Origin: Nitrospinaceae bacterium
GTDB lineage: Bacteria > Nitrospinota > Nitrospinia > Nitrospinales > VA-1
Direction of reading: 5' to 3'
Length of the DNA stretch: 53,665 bases
Assembly (NCBI GenBank): GCA_046754465.1
Contig: JBHHVU010000017.1
Coordinates: 1 to 53,665, forward strand
This document shows, piece by piece, positions 39,519 through 50,344 of this stretch. The position numbers and the translations under genes are program-made. The first letter of the stretch is position 1; every line of letters starts with the position of its first letter. The notes below the pieces were generated by a model that saw only the letters and a list, made by a program, of their open reading frames with translations, was not told where the DNA came from and ran no database searches.

Positions 39519-40889
39519 ATGATTGAATTGTCCATGATTTCCCCGGAGGCCTTTCTGTCCTTTGGAGGCAAAATACTCATATTTATTGCCGGGCTGGCGG
39601 CCTTGATTTTCGTCCACGAGCTGGGCCATTTTCTGGTAGCCCGGAAACTGGGGGTGGTGATCGAAAAATTTTCATTGGGGTTCGGACCCAAAATATTCGG
39701 AATGAAATCCGGCGACACCGAATATCTCATTTCGGCCATCCCGCTCGGGGGTTATGTCAAGATGAAGGGGGAAAATTACGAACCCGAATCCGCGCACGAG
39801 GAAGGCTCGTTTGCCGCGGCCCCCGTCATCCATCGCCTGGCGATCGCGTTCGCGGGGCCCTTATTCAATATCCTGTTTGCCATCGCGATTTACTGGGGAG
39901 TTTACATGGTGGGCGTGCAAACCCTGGGCCTCGTGGTCGGGACCATCAAGCCCGCCTCACCCGCCCAGACCGCCGGCCTGCAAACCGGGGACAAGATCGT
40001 CGCCATAGATAACCAACCCGTCCAGTTCTGGGATCAACTCCAGAAACGGGTTCACGTCTCGCCGGGAACCCCTATCGAATTCCAGGTGCTGCGAGACCAA
40101 TCCCAATTGATCCAATTCAAGGTCACCCCCATTTCCCAGGAAATCACCGACCTGTTTGGCGATAAGAAAACCGTGGGGTTGATCGGCATCACCCCGCTCG
40201 TCCGCAACATCACTTATGTCAAAGAAGGTTCCCCCGCATACCGCGCCGGATTGAAGGAGGGCGATAAACTTCTCGAAGTCAACGGCACCCCCATTTATGG
40301 ATGGGCTGACCTCAAAAAAGCGGCCGTGGACCACCCCGGTGAGGAACGGGAATTTCACATTTTGAGGGATGGGCAAGAACGCATCGTGCGCTTGACGCCC
40401 CAATCGAAAGTAATCGAAGACGAGCAGAAAAATAAAGTGGAAATCGGGGTCATCGGAATCGGCATGAGCGGCGAACTGGCCATCGAAAAATACGGAGTTT
40501 TCGGTGCCGGCCAGCGGGCCCTGGAGGAAACCGGGCGCCTGATCTATCTGATCGCCATCAGCATTAAGAAGATGATCGTGGGGTCCATTCCCGCGGACAC
40601 CATCGGCGGACCCATTCTGATATTCCAGATTTATGGTGAACAGGCCGAACAGGGGTTCAACGAGCTGGTCCGGTTGACCGCCCTTTTGAGCATCAACCTG
40701 GGTCTTCTGAACCTGCTTCCCATTCCCGTTCTCGATGGAGGGCACATCTTCTTTTTCCTCATAGAACTCCTGAAGGGAAAACCCGTGAGCGAAAAAAGCC
40801 GGGAACGGGCCCAACAGGTGGGACTTTTCATGCTGATCAGTCTGATGATTCTCGCCTTTTACAACGACATCATGCGCATAATCAGTTAA
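39519..40889 (+). CDS. rseP: RIP metalloprotease with two PDZ domains
   Basis: HELGH, PLGGYVKM, AGPLFN, NLLPIPVLDGG. Confidence 0.96.
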   Translation: MIELSMISPEAFLSFGGKILIFIAGLAALIFVHELGHFLVARKLGVVIEKFSLGFGPKIFGMKSGDTEYLISAIPLGGYVKMKGENYEPESAHEEGSFAAAPVIHRLAIAFAGPLFNILFAIAIYWGVYMVGVQTLGLVVGTIKPASPAQTAGLQTGDKIVAIDNQPVQFWDQLQKRVHVSPGTPIEFQVLRDQSQLIQFKVTPISQEITDLFGDKKTVGLIGITPLVRNITYVKEGSPAYRAGLKEGDKLLEVNGTPIYGWADLKKAAVDHPGEEREFHILRDGQERIVRLTPQSKVIEDEQKNKVEIGVIGIGMSGELAIEKYGVFGAGQRALEETGRLIYLIAISIKKMIVGSIPADTIGGPILIFQIYGEQAEQGFNELVRLTALLSINLGLLNLLPIPVLDGGHIFFFLIELLKGKPVSEKSRERAQQVGLFMLISLMILAFYNDIMRIIS

Positions 40890-40988
40890 AATCCCTTTCC
40901 ATCCCACATCCCCGGCCCATTACGAGCAGCATTTTCCACCCATTCCCGTTCGGTGGAACCCGGGTCCGGGCCTGTGGGGGGTACAGCA

Positions 40989-41270
40989 ATGGATGTTCGC
41001 GCCAGACTCGAAGACTTGAAACAGGTTGCGGCCAAACTTTCGATCCGTATCGAAACCGGTGACCTTTTCTACGAGGATATTTCTATCCGCAGCGGACATT
41101 GCAAGATTGAAGGAAAAGATTTCATACTGCTGGACCGCAAGCTTCCTCCCAGGGAGCAGGTCGAAACCCTGCTCCGGATACTGGAAAATTTTGACCTGGA
41201 AACCATTTATGTCGCCTCCTGGATCCGGGAGCGGCTGCAGCCGGAGACCGGCGCGAACCACAAACCATGA
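40989..41270 (+). CDS. Hypothetical protein
   Basis: Plausible 93-aa ORF ('SGHCKIEGK..ILLD...IYV...IRE.L') overlapping the pepM start (ATGA). Confidence 0.65.
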   Translation: MDVRARLEDLKQVAAKLSIRIETGDLFYEDISIRSGHCKIEGKDFILLDRKLPPREQVETLLRILENFDLETIYVASWIRERLQPETGANHKP

Positions 41271-42997
41271 CCCTACTTAAAAACAACCTGCCCGACGTTC
41301 GCCGGGGAAAGCTCAAATCCCTCCTGAAAGAAGGCAAAACCGTCCGGGCCATGGAAGCCCACAACGGGTTGAGCGGAATCGTGGCCAACAACACCCGGGT
41401 GGAGGGGAAAGGGGGAGGGACCCACATCCTGCGCGAATTCGACGCCCTTTGGGAAAGCAGCCTGACCGATTCCGCCTCCAAGGGTCACCCGGACATCGAA
41501 GTGGTGAGTTTCGATTCCCGGTTGAATACCATCCACGAAATTCTGGCCGTCACCCACAAGCCGATGATCGTGGACGGCGACACCGGCGGCGACGCCAACA
41601 ATTTCGAGTACATGGTTTCCAAACTGGAACGGGCCGGCGTCTCCGCCGTCATCATTGAAGACAAGGTATTCCCAAAAAGGAACAGCCTGGAAACAGGCAT
41701 GCAGCAGACGCTTCAGGCCCCGGAAATATTCGCCCAGAAAATCCGGCGCGGGAAGCAGGTGCAGGTCACCGGCGACTTCATGATCATTGCCCGGCTGGAA
41801 AGCCTGATCGCCGGCAAGGGGATGGAAGACGCGAAAGATCGCGCGCGGATCTATCTCGAGGCGGGGGTGGACGGCATCATGATTCATTCCAAATCGAGCC
41901 ACCCGAATGAAATTCTCGAATTCGCTGAAATCTACCGGAATCAACTCCAAAAACCGGGGGAAGACAAACCCCTGGTTTGCGTGCCGACCACCTACCACAC
42001 CATCACCGAAGAAGAATTGATCGCCGCCGGTTTTCGCATCATCATCTATGCCAACCACCTGCTGCGCGCCGCCTACAAGTCGATGGAGGAAGTCTCCAAA
42101 ACCATCCTGCTCAACCAAAGATGCTTCGAGGCAGATCCCCTATGCGCTCCCGTGCGCGAGATTTTTCAAACCGTAGGGTTCCTGGACATCAAGAAGAAAG
42201 ACCAGCAGGACGAACGATCGACCAATATTCCTGTCATCATTCCCGCCGCCGGGGAAGACCCCGTCCTCAAATCCATCCTGAACGGGAAACCCAAGGCCAT
42301 GATGGAAATCTCGGGGAAGAGCCTGCTGGAACGGCAGGTCCATTCCCTGAACTGCGGCAACCTGACCGACATCACCGTGGTGGCGGGATACGCCCGGGAG
42401 AAAATGAAGGCGGAAGGCGTGACGATCCTGGAAAACAAGGATTACCAGAACGGGTCCATGCTTCACAGCACCCTCGTGGCGCGGGAAAAGATGAAAAACG
42501 GATTCATCATGCTTTATTCGGATATCCTGCTGGAAAATCATATCATCCCCGAACTGCTCGCCTGCCGCGAGGATATCGTCCTGGTGGGAGACAACTCCAT
42601 CCAATACCACCGGGACGAGGACAATGGTAAGGCATTTGATTTCATCATCAGCAAGCACAAACAACGGCCCAGCCGGCGTCAGTTCCGTTTGGTCTACGAA
42701 AATATCATCGCCAAGATTGGGAAAAAAATTAATCCGGAAACCGCCACCCATGAATTCATCGGGTTGGCCAAATTCACCAAAACGGGGGCCGAGCAGTTTC
42801 TTCAAACCTATCTGGATTGTGTGAGGAACTACAAGGGAAAATTCCAGGAAGCTGAGGATATCGCGCAATTCACCTTTACGGATCTGATCCAGGAAATGAT
42901 CGACCGCGGGTTTGTCATCCATTTTCTGGAGATCCACAAAGGCTGGCTGGAAATTCATCGCGAAGAAGACATCGCCCTGGCCAATAGATTCCTGTAA
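41267..42997 (+). CDS. aepX: Phosphoenolpyruvate mutase fused to a C-terminal nucleotidyltransferase-like domain
   Basis: EAHNGLS, DGDTGG, PepM signature EDKVFPKRNS, ARLES, VPTTY, IYANH; C-terminal IIPAAG...KPK...YSD...EFIGL...WLEI. Confidence 0.9.
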   Translation: MTLLKNNLPDVRRGKLKSLLKEGKTVRAMEAHNGLSGIVANNTRVEGKGGGTHILREFDALWESSLTDSASKGHPDIEVVSFDSRLNTIHEILAVTHKPMIVDGDTGGDANNFEYMVSKLERAGVSAVIIEDKVFPKRNSLETGMQQTLQAPEIFAQKIRRGKQVQVTGDFMIIARLESLIAGKGMEDAKDRARIYLEAGVDGIMIHSKSSHPNEILEFAEIYRNQLQKPGEDKPLVCVPTTYHTITEEELIAAGFRIIIYANHLLRAAYKSMEEVSKTILLNQRCFEADPLCAPVREIFQTVGFLDIKKKDQQDERSTNIPVIIPAAGEDPVLKSILNGKPKAMMEISGKSLLERQVHSLNCGNLTDITVVAGYAREKMKAEGVTILENKDYQNGSMLHSTLVAREKMKNGFIMLYSDILLENHIIPELLACREDIVLVGDNSIQYHRDEDNGKAFDFIISKHKQRPSRRQFRLVYENIIAKIGKKINPETATHEFIGLAKFTKTGAEQFLQTYLDCVRNYKGKFQEAEDIAQFTFTDLIQEMIDRGFVIHFLEIHKGWLEIHREEDIALANRFL

Positions 42998-43091
42998 CAT
43001 AACCTCCCCGCCCGGGGGGTGATTTTCAAATCCACTATAACGGCAACGAATACCGATTCGGGCAACTCCGTTCAATAGAGAAAGCGAGTCC

Positions 43092-44801
43092 ATGCACTAT
43101 TCCAAAATGTTCATCCCGACCCTCAAGGAATCCCCCGCCGACGCGGAGGTGAGCAGTCACAAACTCATGGTGCGCGCCGGGATGATCCGGCAGGTGGCAT
43201 CAGGAATTTATTCCATCCTGCCGCTGGGACTTCGGGTCTTCAAAAAAATCGAGCAGATCATTCGCGAGGAAATGAACCGCATCGGCGGGCAAGAGGTGTT
43301 TCTTCCCAGCATCCAACCCGCGGAACTCTGGGAGGAAAGCGGACGCTGGAACTTTTACGGCAAGGAACTGTTGAGATTCAAGGATCGCCACAACCGCGAT
43401 TTCTGTTATGGGCCCACCCACGAAGAGGTCATCACCGACATCGTGCGCAAGGAGGTGAAATCGTATCGCCAGCTGCCGCTGCTTTTATACCAAATACAGA
43501 CCAAGTTCCGCGACGAGGTGCGGCCCCGATTCGGGATCATGCGCGGCCGCGAGTTCATGATGAAAGACGCCTACAGTTTTCACGCCGACCAGGAAAGTAC
43601 CCAGGAAACCTACTTCCAGATGGCCCAGGCCTATTCCAATGTATTCCAACGCTGTGGCCTGGACTTTAAAATGGTGGAAGCCGATTCCGGGACCATCGGA
43701 GGAAATTACTCCCATGAGTTCGCGGTCCTGGCCGGTTCGGGGGAAGATCAGATCGGTTTCTGCGATTCCTGCGAATACGCCTCCAACCTGGAACTGGCGG
43801 AGGCCAGGGCGCCCGAGTCACAGTCCGATTCCCCTCCTCTGGAAGACCTGAAAGAAGTCTCCACCCCCGGACAAAAATCCGTGGAAGAGATCTCCAAATT
43901 CCTGTCCATTCCTCCCGAACGGATTGTCAAAACCATTCTGCTGGAATCCGACCAGGGGCTGGTGGCCGGGCTGGTCCGCGGCGACCATGAGATCAACCCG
44001 GTCAAACTGAAAAACCTGGCCGGGGCGGAATGGATGCACCCCGCCTCCGGCGCTACCCTGACCGAGCAAACCGATATCCCATGTGGATTCGTGGGTCCGG
44101 TGGGTTTGAAAATGAAAATATATGCCGACCGGGAGGTGGCGATTTTGCATAATTTCGTCACTGGGGCCAACAAAAAGGACGCCCACTTCACCGGCGTCCA
44201 GGCCGGACGGGACATCCACATCGAAAAAACCGGGGATATTCGCAGAGTTCGGGAAGGCGAACCCTGCCCCCGGTGCGCTTCCGGAACCTACAAAATCAAG
44301 CGGGGGATCGAAGTGGGACATATTTTCATCCTGGGAACTAAATACAGTGAAGCCATGAAGGCCGGTTTCCTGGATCCCCAGGGAAAGGAAAGTCCCATGG
44401 TAATGGGGTGTTACGGAATCGGCGTCGGCCGGACCGCCGCGGCGGCCATCGAGCAGAACCACGATGATAAAGGCATCCAATGGCCGGGTCCCATCGCCCC
44501 CTTTTCGGTCCATATCATTCCCACCAGCTTTTCCGTGGAGGCAGTCCGGAAGGCCTGCCAGACCGCGTACCAGGCCCTGTGGGAGCAGGGAGTGGAAACC
44601 CTGCTCGACGACCGGCCGGACCGTTTCGGTGTGAAACTGAACGATGCCGACCTCCTGGGAATTCCGTTACAAATGATCATCGGGCCGAAAAATCTGGGCG
44701 GCGGCAGGATCGAGCTAAAAATAAGGAAAACAAACCAATCTGAACTTTATCCTTTTCCCGCAATATTGGAGGAAATCCCCGCAATCCTGAAAAATATATA
44801 A
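43092..44801 (+). CDS. proS: Proline--tRNA ligase with editing domain
   Basis: GPTHEE, KFRDEVRPRFG, REFMMKDAYSF, IEVGHIF, MGCYGIG. Confidence 0.98.
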   Translation: MHYSKMFIPTLKESPADAEVSSHKLMVRAGMIRQVASGIYSILPLGLRVFKKIEQIIREEMNRIGGQEVFLPSIQPAELWEESGRWNFYGKELLRFKDRHNRDFCYGPTHEEVITDIVRKEVKSYRQLPLLLYQIQTKFRDEVRPRFGIMRGREFMMKDAYSFHADQESTQETYFQMAQAYSNVFQRCGLDFKMVEADSGTIGGNYSHEFAVLAGSGEDQIGFCDSCEYASNLELAEARAPESQSDSPPLEDLKEVSTPGQKSVEEISKFLSIPPERIVKTILLESDQGLVAGLVRGDHEINPVKLKNLAGAEWMHPASGATLTEQTDIPCGFVGPVGLKMKIYADREVAILHNFVTGANKKDAHFTGVQAGRDIHIEKTGDIRRVREGEPCPRCASGTYKIKRGIEVGHIFILGTKYSEAMKAGFLDPQGKESPMVMGCYGIGVGRTAAAAIEQNHDDKGIQWPGPIAPFSVHIIPTSFSVEAVRKACQTAYQALWEQGVETLLDDRPDRFGVKLNDADLLGIPLQMIIGPKNLGGGRIELKIRKTNQSELYPFPAILEEIPAILKNI

Positions 44802-44835
44802 TCCGGTCCCGGCCTTCCCACCGGTTAATTTTCCC

Positions 44836-44864
44836 TTGCAACAAAATTTTCCTTTTAGTAAACT
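44836..44864 (+). promoter_or_regulatory. Sigma70 promoter for the rimP-nusA-infB operon
   Basis: TTGCAA-17 nt-TAAACT. Confidence 0.65.
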
Positions 44865-44893
44865 TTACTCGGACATTACCAACTCGTGCTCGG

Positions 44894-44923
44894 AATGCGG
44901 GTTTTTCACCCGCATTTTTTTTT
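44894..44923 (+). terminator. Terminator/attenuator in the rimP leader
   Basis: AATGCGGGT-loop-ACCCGCATT followed by a long T run, about 30 nt downstream of the promoter. Confidence 0.75.
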
Positions 44924-45030
44924 AGAAATATCCTGGGGCCGAATTTATTTTTCAAGAGGCCATCCGCCGGGACGGTTATAAACGAGGGGAGGAATCGTCA
45001 CCCGCCGGCGGCCGCGCCGCAATCGATCGA

Positions 45031-45483
45031 GTGTCAATTTCTCAAGAAGTTATGAAGATTATCGAGCCCGCCGTCCTGGAAGAAAATCTGGAACTGGTCG
45101 ATGTCGAATTCAAAAAATCCGGTCCACGAAGAGTTCTGACCGTCTTCATCGACAAGGACGAGGGGATCACGGTGGAGGACTGTCAAAGGATCAGCCGGCA
45201 GATCGAGGATATGATAGAAATAAATAACCTCATACAGTCCTCTTATGTGTTGGAAGTGTCCTCTCCGGGGTTGGACCGCGCTCTGAAAAAGGAGCGGGAT
45301 TTTTTAAGATTCAAAAACAAACGCGTGAAAGTGCGTACCTTTTCACCCTTAGGAAACCAGAAAAATTTTTCCGGGACCATCCGGGATTTCCGGGAGCAAA
45401 CGCTTTTCCTGGAGGCGGCGGGAAAAACACTGGAAATTCCCCTGGCCAACATTGCCAAGGCCAGATTAATCATTGAAATCTAA
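45031..45483 (+). CDS. rimP: Ribosome maturation factor
   Basis: V.IDK..GITVEDC, Y.LEVSSPGLDR. Confidence 0.96.
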   Translation: MSISQEVMKIIEPAVLEENLELVDVEFKKSGPRRVLTVFIDKDEGITVEDCQRISRQIEDMIEINNLIQSSYVLEVSSPGLDRALKKERDFLRFKNKRVKVRTFSPLGNQKNFSGTIRDFREQTLFLEAAGKTLEIPLANIAKARLIIEI

Positions 45484-45498
45484 TCATCCATTGAAACC

Positions 45499-47118
45499 AT
45501 GAGTATTGAAACCCTCAGCATCCTCGAACAAATCAGCCGTGAGAAAGGGATCGACAAAGAAGTGTTGATCGATGCTCTTAAATCCGCAGTCGAGACCGCC
45601 GCGCGGAAAAAGCTGCCCGAGGTCAAGGAACTCCACAGCGAATTCAATGAGGAAACCGGTGAAGTGGAGATCTACGCTGAAAAAACCGTCGTGGAGGAAG
45701 TCCAGAACGAGGATGATGAAATCGGCCTTAAAGAAGCCCGGGAACTTTCCGCCGATGTAGAAGTCGGGGAGCGGGTGTTGGTCCAGCAGGTCCTGGAAAA
45801 CTATGGCCGGATCGCGGCGCAGTTGGCGAAACAGGTGATCCTGCAAAAAGTGCGCGGCGCGGAAATCGACCTCATTTACAACGAATTCAAGGACAAAAAA
45901 GGCGAGTTGATCAACGGGATCGTGCAACGGTACGAACACGGCGACCTCATCGTCGATCTGGGAAAAACCGAGGGCATTCTACCGCGGCGCGAGCAGGTGT
46001 TCCGTGAAAATTTCAACCGGGGCGAACGGATCCGTGCCTATATTCTGGATGTCCGTAAAACCTCAAAAAACGCCATGGTGATCCTTTCGCGGACCCATAC
46101 GGGCCTAATCAAACGTCTGTTCGAGATGGAGGTCCCCGAAATCAGCGAAGGAATGGTGGAGATCATGGGGATCGTGAGAGAACCCAATGGCCGCACCAAA
46201 ATTGCCGTGAAGACCAACGACCGCGATATTGATGCCGTCGGCGCCTGCGTGGGAATGCGTGGAATGCGGGTGCAATCCATCGTCCAGGAACTGAGAGGCG
46301 AAAAAATTGATATCGTGGAATATTCCGAAGACCCCAAGGTATTCATCAAGAACGCCCTCAGTCCAGCCAAAATTTCAAGAATCGTCGCCGAGGAAGACGA
46401 AAAACACATGACGATCATCGTGGCGGATGACCAGATGTCCCTGGCCATCGGTAAAAAAGGACAAAACGTCCGGCTCGCCGCCAGCCTGGTGAAATGGAAG
46501 ATCGACATCCGGGGTGAGTCGGAAGCGTCGGGGTTGGGGGAATCCTCGGCCTTCCTCAGCGGCCCCAAACCGGTCGACGATGAATTCCTCGAGATCATCA
46601 AGAACACCAAGGGGTTGGGGGAAAAGATCATGTCCTGCCTGTTTGCCGGTAACGTCGTGACCTTCAAGGAGGCAATGAAACGGGGGATGAATGGATTGAC
46701 TGTACTCCCGAATATCGGTCCCAAAAAGGCGGAAATCATCCTGGAAATGGCCCAGGCTTACGCGGAAAGCCAGAAGGAGCCCGCCCAGGAACTCCCGGAA
46801 ATTCCCTTGGCCAAAGGAATAGAAGAATCCGCAGTGCCCGCCCCGCCCGGTGCAACGGAAGAAGCCGCCGAGGAGGCGGAACTCCCGGCGCAAGAAGAAT
46901 TGGTGGAAGAAGAGGATCAGGATATTCCCATTGAAGAGCTTTCGGGTGTCGATGGACAGGTCATCGAAGTTTTGAAACGGAATGAATTCCAGACCTTGGC
47001 CGAGCTATCAATTACACCGATTGAGGAACTCTTGGCGATCGAAGGGATCGATGAAGAGATGGCCCGATCCATTCTCGAGCAGGCCAAGCAGCGGATGAAC
47101 AACCTCGAAAATGTTTGA
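45499..47118 (+). CDS. nusA: Transcription termination/antitermination factor with acidic C-terminal extension
   Basis: GRIAAQ.AKQ, S1 domain, GACVG.RG, AIGKKGQNVRLA; two HhH-like acidic repeats. Confidence 0.97.
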   Translation: MSIETLSILEQISREKGIDKEVLIDALKSAVETAARKKLPEVKELHSEFNEETGEVEIYAEKTVVEEVQNEDDEIGLKEARELSADVEVGERVLVQQVLENYGRIAAQLAKQVILQKVRGAEIDLIYNEFKDKKGELINGIVQRYEHGDLIVDLGKTEGILPRREQVFRENFNRGERIRAYILDVRKTSKNAMVILSRTHTGLIKRLFEMEVPEISEGMVEIMGIVREPNGRTKIAVKTNDRDIDAVGACVGMRGMRVQSIVQELRGEKIDIVEYSEDPKVFIKNALSPAKISRIVAEEDEKHMTIIVADDQMSLAIGKKGQNVRLAASLVKWKIDIRGESEASGLGESSAFLSGPKPVDDEFLEIIKNTKGLGEKIMSCLFAGNVVTFKEAMKRGMNGLTVLPNIGPKKAEIILEMAQAYAESQKEPAQELPEIPLAKGIEESAVPAPPGATEEAAEEAELPAQEELVEEEDQDIPIEELSGVDGQVIEVLKRNEFQTLAELSITPIEELLAIEGIDEEMARSILEQAKQRMNNLENV

Positions 47119-47234
47119 ACCCAATTCGGGGTTCAGGAGGCCCGATGCTTGAATTTTTTAATCCAGTGGCCGGAAAAAGATGTGTGCTCCTGTGAAACGG
47201 GATTCCGCGATACATTCAATGAAGGAGGTTATTT

Positions 47235-49649
47235 TTGCCCAAGATTCGCATTAACAAATTAGCCTTGGAACTCAACGTCCAAAACGACCAGATCATCGAT
47301 GAACTCCACAAAAAGAATATTCCCGTCAAGAACTACATGAGTTCCATCGATGAAGAGACGGCCAATTATATCCGCGAGGTTTTTCTTCCAAAACCGGTGA
47401 TCCCCAAGGTCAAGGCCAAGGTCAAGGTCAAGGCCAAGGCCAAGGTCAAGGCCAAGGTCAAGGTCAAGGCCAAGGCCCAAACCAAAAAGATCAAGATCAG
47501 GACCGTGACCGCCAAGACCCAAGCGGCCGCCGCCAAAATCAAGGCAGTGACCCAGGCCGCGGTCAAAAAGAAATCCGCGGTCAAGGCGAAAGCCAAGGCG
47601 GTCAAAGCCGCCGTGGAAAAAGGGGAAGCGGCGAAACCCGCCGCCAAGGTGGCCGTGAAAAAAACGGCTGCCGCCAAGGTGGCACCCAAACCCGCCCCGG
47701 TCAAACCCGCGAAAAAACTCGGCCTGAAAATCGTCAAAAAGGAGGAGAAACCCAAACAGGCCGCGAAGCCACCCGAACGCGCGAAAAAACCGGAAAAAGA
47801 AAAAATCATCCCGCTAGACACCAAACGCGGAGCGGGAAGAGCCGCTCCGGCACCGGAGAAAGTGGAACCGGTTCCCAAACCCCTTGAAAAAGAGGAGGAA
47901 GGATTCGAGATTGTTCAATTGAGGTCGAGCACGCATGTCCGGGACTTGGCGGAAAAACTGAAATGCTCACCCAACGATATCATCAAGGACCTGATGTCAT
48001 TCGGAATCATGGCCACCATCAACCAGAGCCTGACCTATGACATCTCCAGCCGTGTAGCGGACAAACGAGGCTTCGAGGTGGAGTTGGCCGCTCCGGAAAA
48101 GGAATTGGATTTTGAGGAAGAAGAACAGGACCTCGATAAGGACCGCACCCACCGGCCGCCCATCGTTACCATCATGGGCCACGTGGACCACGGCAAAACC
48201 TCCCTTCTGGACGCGATCCGGGAAACCAACCTCACCAAACACGAGGAAGGAGGAATCACCCAGCACATTGGAGCCTATCAGGCAAAAATCAAGGGATCGG
48301 CCATCACGTTTTTGGACACCCCCGGCCATGAAGCTTTCACCGCCATGCGGGCCCGTGGTGCCCAGGTGACCGACATCGTTGTTCTGGTCGTCGCCGCGGA
48401 CGACGGAATCAAGCCGCAAACCAAGGAAGCGATCGACCACGCCAACGCCGCCGCCGTGCCCATCGTGGTAGCTATCAACAAAATCGACAAGCCGGACGCC
48501 AAACCGGATGAGGTCAAAAAACAGTTGGCCGATCAGGGACTGCTGCCAGAAGATTGGGGTGGACAAACCATTTTCACGGAAGTCTCCGCTATTCAGAAAA
48601 TCGGTATCGACGACCTCCTCGAAATGATTCTTCTACAGGCTGAAATCATGGATCTCAAGGCCAACCCCCGGCTGGGGGGCAAGGGGGTCATCATCGAATC
48701 CAAACTGGACCGGGGCCGCGGTCCCGTGGCCACCCTGGTGGTGCAAAACGGAACGCTGAAAGTCGGGGATCCCTTCATTGTCGGCTGCTACTTTGGCAAG
48801 GTACGCGCCTTGATCAACGACCAGGGGGCCAAGGTCGCCAAAGCGACCCCGTCCACTCCCGTGGAGGTCCTGGGTCTCCCGGACGTTCCCCAACCGGGCG
48901 ACAAGTTCATGGTCGTACGCGATGAGAAAAAAGCCCGTCATCTCAGCACCCTCCGGCTCCAGCAACAGCGTGAATCCATTCTGGCGAAAACCTCGCGGGT
49001 CACCATGGACGATTTGCACAAGCAGATCCTCGAGGGAAAAATCAAAGAGCTCAACATCATCACCAAAGCGGATGTGCAGGGCTCCATTCACGCCGTTCAG
49101 GAAGCTTTTTCCAAACTGGAAACGGCGGAGGTGCGGATCAAAATCATCCACGAGGCCGTGGGGGGGATCACCGAGTCGGATGTACTGCTGGCGAGCGCGT
49201 CCAATGCCCTCATCATCGGCTTCAACGTGCGGCCCACCGAAAAAGCCAGCCAGCTGGCCGCCAGGGAAAATGTGGATATCCGGCTTTACAGCATCATTTA
49301 TGACGCGATCAATGACATGAAAAAAGCCATGGAGGGATTGCTGGCCCCCAAATTCAAGGAAAAAGTTATTGGCCGGGCGGAGGTGCGGCAGGTGTTCACG
49401 ATTCCGAAAATCGGTTCCATCGCCGGATGTCAGGTTCTCTCAGGGAAACTCGAACGCAACCTCGACGCCCGGTTGATCCGGGACAACGTGGTGGTTTACC
49501 AAGGGAAAATCCTTTCCCTGAGAAGGTTCAAGGAGGATGTCAAGGAGGTACCTTCTGGATACGAATGCGGACTGTCCTTGGAAAAGTATCAGGATCTGAA
49601 ACAGGGTGACATTGTGGAACCCTTTGTTCGGGAAGAAGTCACACCATAG
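47235..49649 (+). CDS. infB: Translation initiation factor IF-2
   Basis: [41 protein letters not shown] before TTG. Confidence 0.98.
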   Translation: MPKIRINKLALELNVQNDQIIDELHKKNIPVKNYMSSIDEETANYIREVFLPKPVIPKVKAKVKVKAKAKVKAKVKVKAKAQTKKIKIRTVTAKTQAAAAKIKAVTQAAVKKKSAVKAKAKAVKAAVEKGEAAKPAAKVAVKKTAAAKVAPKPAPVKPAKKLGLKIVKKEEKPKQAAKPPERAKKPEKEKIIPLDTKRGAGRAAPAPEKVEPVPKPLEKEEEGFEIVQLRSSTHVRDLAEKLKCSPNDIIKDLMSFGIMATINQSLTYDISSRVADKRGFEVELAAPEKELDFEEEEQDLDKDRTHRPPIVTIMGHVDHGKTSLLDAIRETNLTKHEEGGITQHIGAYQAKIKGSAITFLDTPGHEAFTAMRARGAQVTDIVVLVVAADDGIKPQTKEAIDHANAAAVPIVVAINKIDKPDAKPDEVKKQLADQGLLPEDWGGQTIFTEVSAIQKIGIDDLLEMILLQAEIMDLKANPRLGGKGVIIESKLDRGRGPVATLVVQNGTLKVGDPFIVGCYFGKVRALINDQGAKVAKATPSTPVEVLGLPDVPQPGDKFMVVRDEKKARHLSTLRLQQQRESILAKTSRVTMDDLHKQILEGKIKELNIITKADVQGSIHAVQEAFSKLETAEVRIKIIHEAVGGITESDVLLASASNALIIGFNVRPTEKASQLAARENVDIRLYSIIYDAINDMKKAMEGLLAPKFKEKVIGRAEVRQVFTIPKIGSIAGCQVLSGKLERNLDARLIRDNVVVYQGKILSLRRFKEDVKEVPSGYECGLSLEKYQDLKQGDIVEPFVREEVTP
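47406..47477 (+). repeat. Coding minisatellite (AAGGYC)x12 in infB
   Basis: Encodes ([12 protein letters not shown])x2, a perfect 36-bp duplication. Confidence 0.95.
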
Positions 49650-49673
49650 AAAAACCTCTCCCGCAAAAGAAAA

Positions 49674-49976
49674 ATGAAAGTGGGTTGTTGCTCCATCAAA
49701 TTTTTTCTTCATGGAAACCATTCCCTGAAAGAAAAACGCCGGATCACCAAGTCGATCAAGGATCGCGTGAAAAACAAATTCAATATCTCGGTGGCCGAAA
49801 TCGGCGACCAGGATGTGTGGCAAAATCTCCATATCGGGGTCGTGGCGGTGGGTTCGGACCATAAATACTTGGAGGGGTTGATGAACCAGGTGGTCGACGC
49901 CATTGATAGAATGCACCTGGCGGAAATGACCGACTGCCAGATCCGGACCATGACCCTTGGACCGACGGACCCCTGA
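49674..49976 (+). CDS. DUF503 (YlxP-like) protein
   Basis: SLKEKR, KFNISVAE, QD.WQ; standard position between infB and rbfA. Confidence 0.92.
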   Translation: MKVGCCSIKFFLHGNHSLKEKRRITKSIKDRVKNKFNISVAEIGDQDVWQNLHIGVVAVGSDHKYLEGLMNQVVDAIDRMHLAEMTDCQIRTMTLGPTDP

Positions 49977-49993
49977 GATCCCTTCCGGAGACC

Positions 49994-50344
49994 GTGAAGA
50001 TGCGTTTCAAACGTTCCGAAAGACTTCAGGAACTCCTGTTGCAGGAGATTTCCAAACTGATTCAACACGGCCTGAAGGACCCGAGAATCGGGTTCGCGAC
50101 GATCACACAGGTGGAGTTGAGCGATAACCTGAAGCATGCGAAAATATTCGTCAGTGTGATGGGAAGCGAGGAGGAAAAGGAGAATTCCCTGGCGGGACTC
50201 ATCAGCGCCAAGGGGTTCATTCGCAATTCCCTTGGCAAAAACCTCTATTTAAAATACATTCCGGAACTGGAATTCAAGCGGGACGACACCGCGGACCGGG
50301 TGGATAAAATTACCCGGATATTGAAAAAACTTCACCTTGAATAA
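49994..50344 (+). CDS. rbfA: Ribosome-binding factor A
   Basis: KDPRIG..TIT.V.LS, PELEF..D. Confidence 0.95.
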   Translation: MKMRFKRSERLQELLLQEISKLIQHGLKDPRIGFATITQVELSDNLKHAKIFVSVMGSEEEKENSLAGLISAKGFIRNSLGKNLYLKYIPELEFKRDDTADRVDKITRILKKLHLE

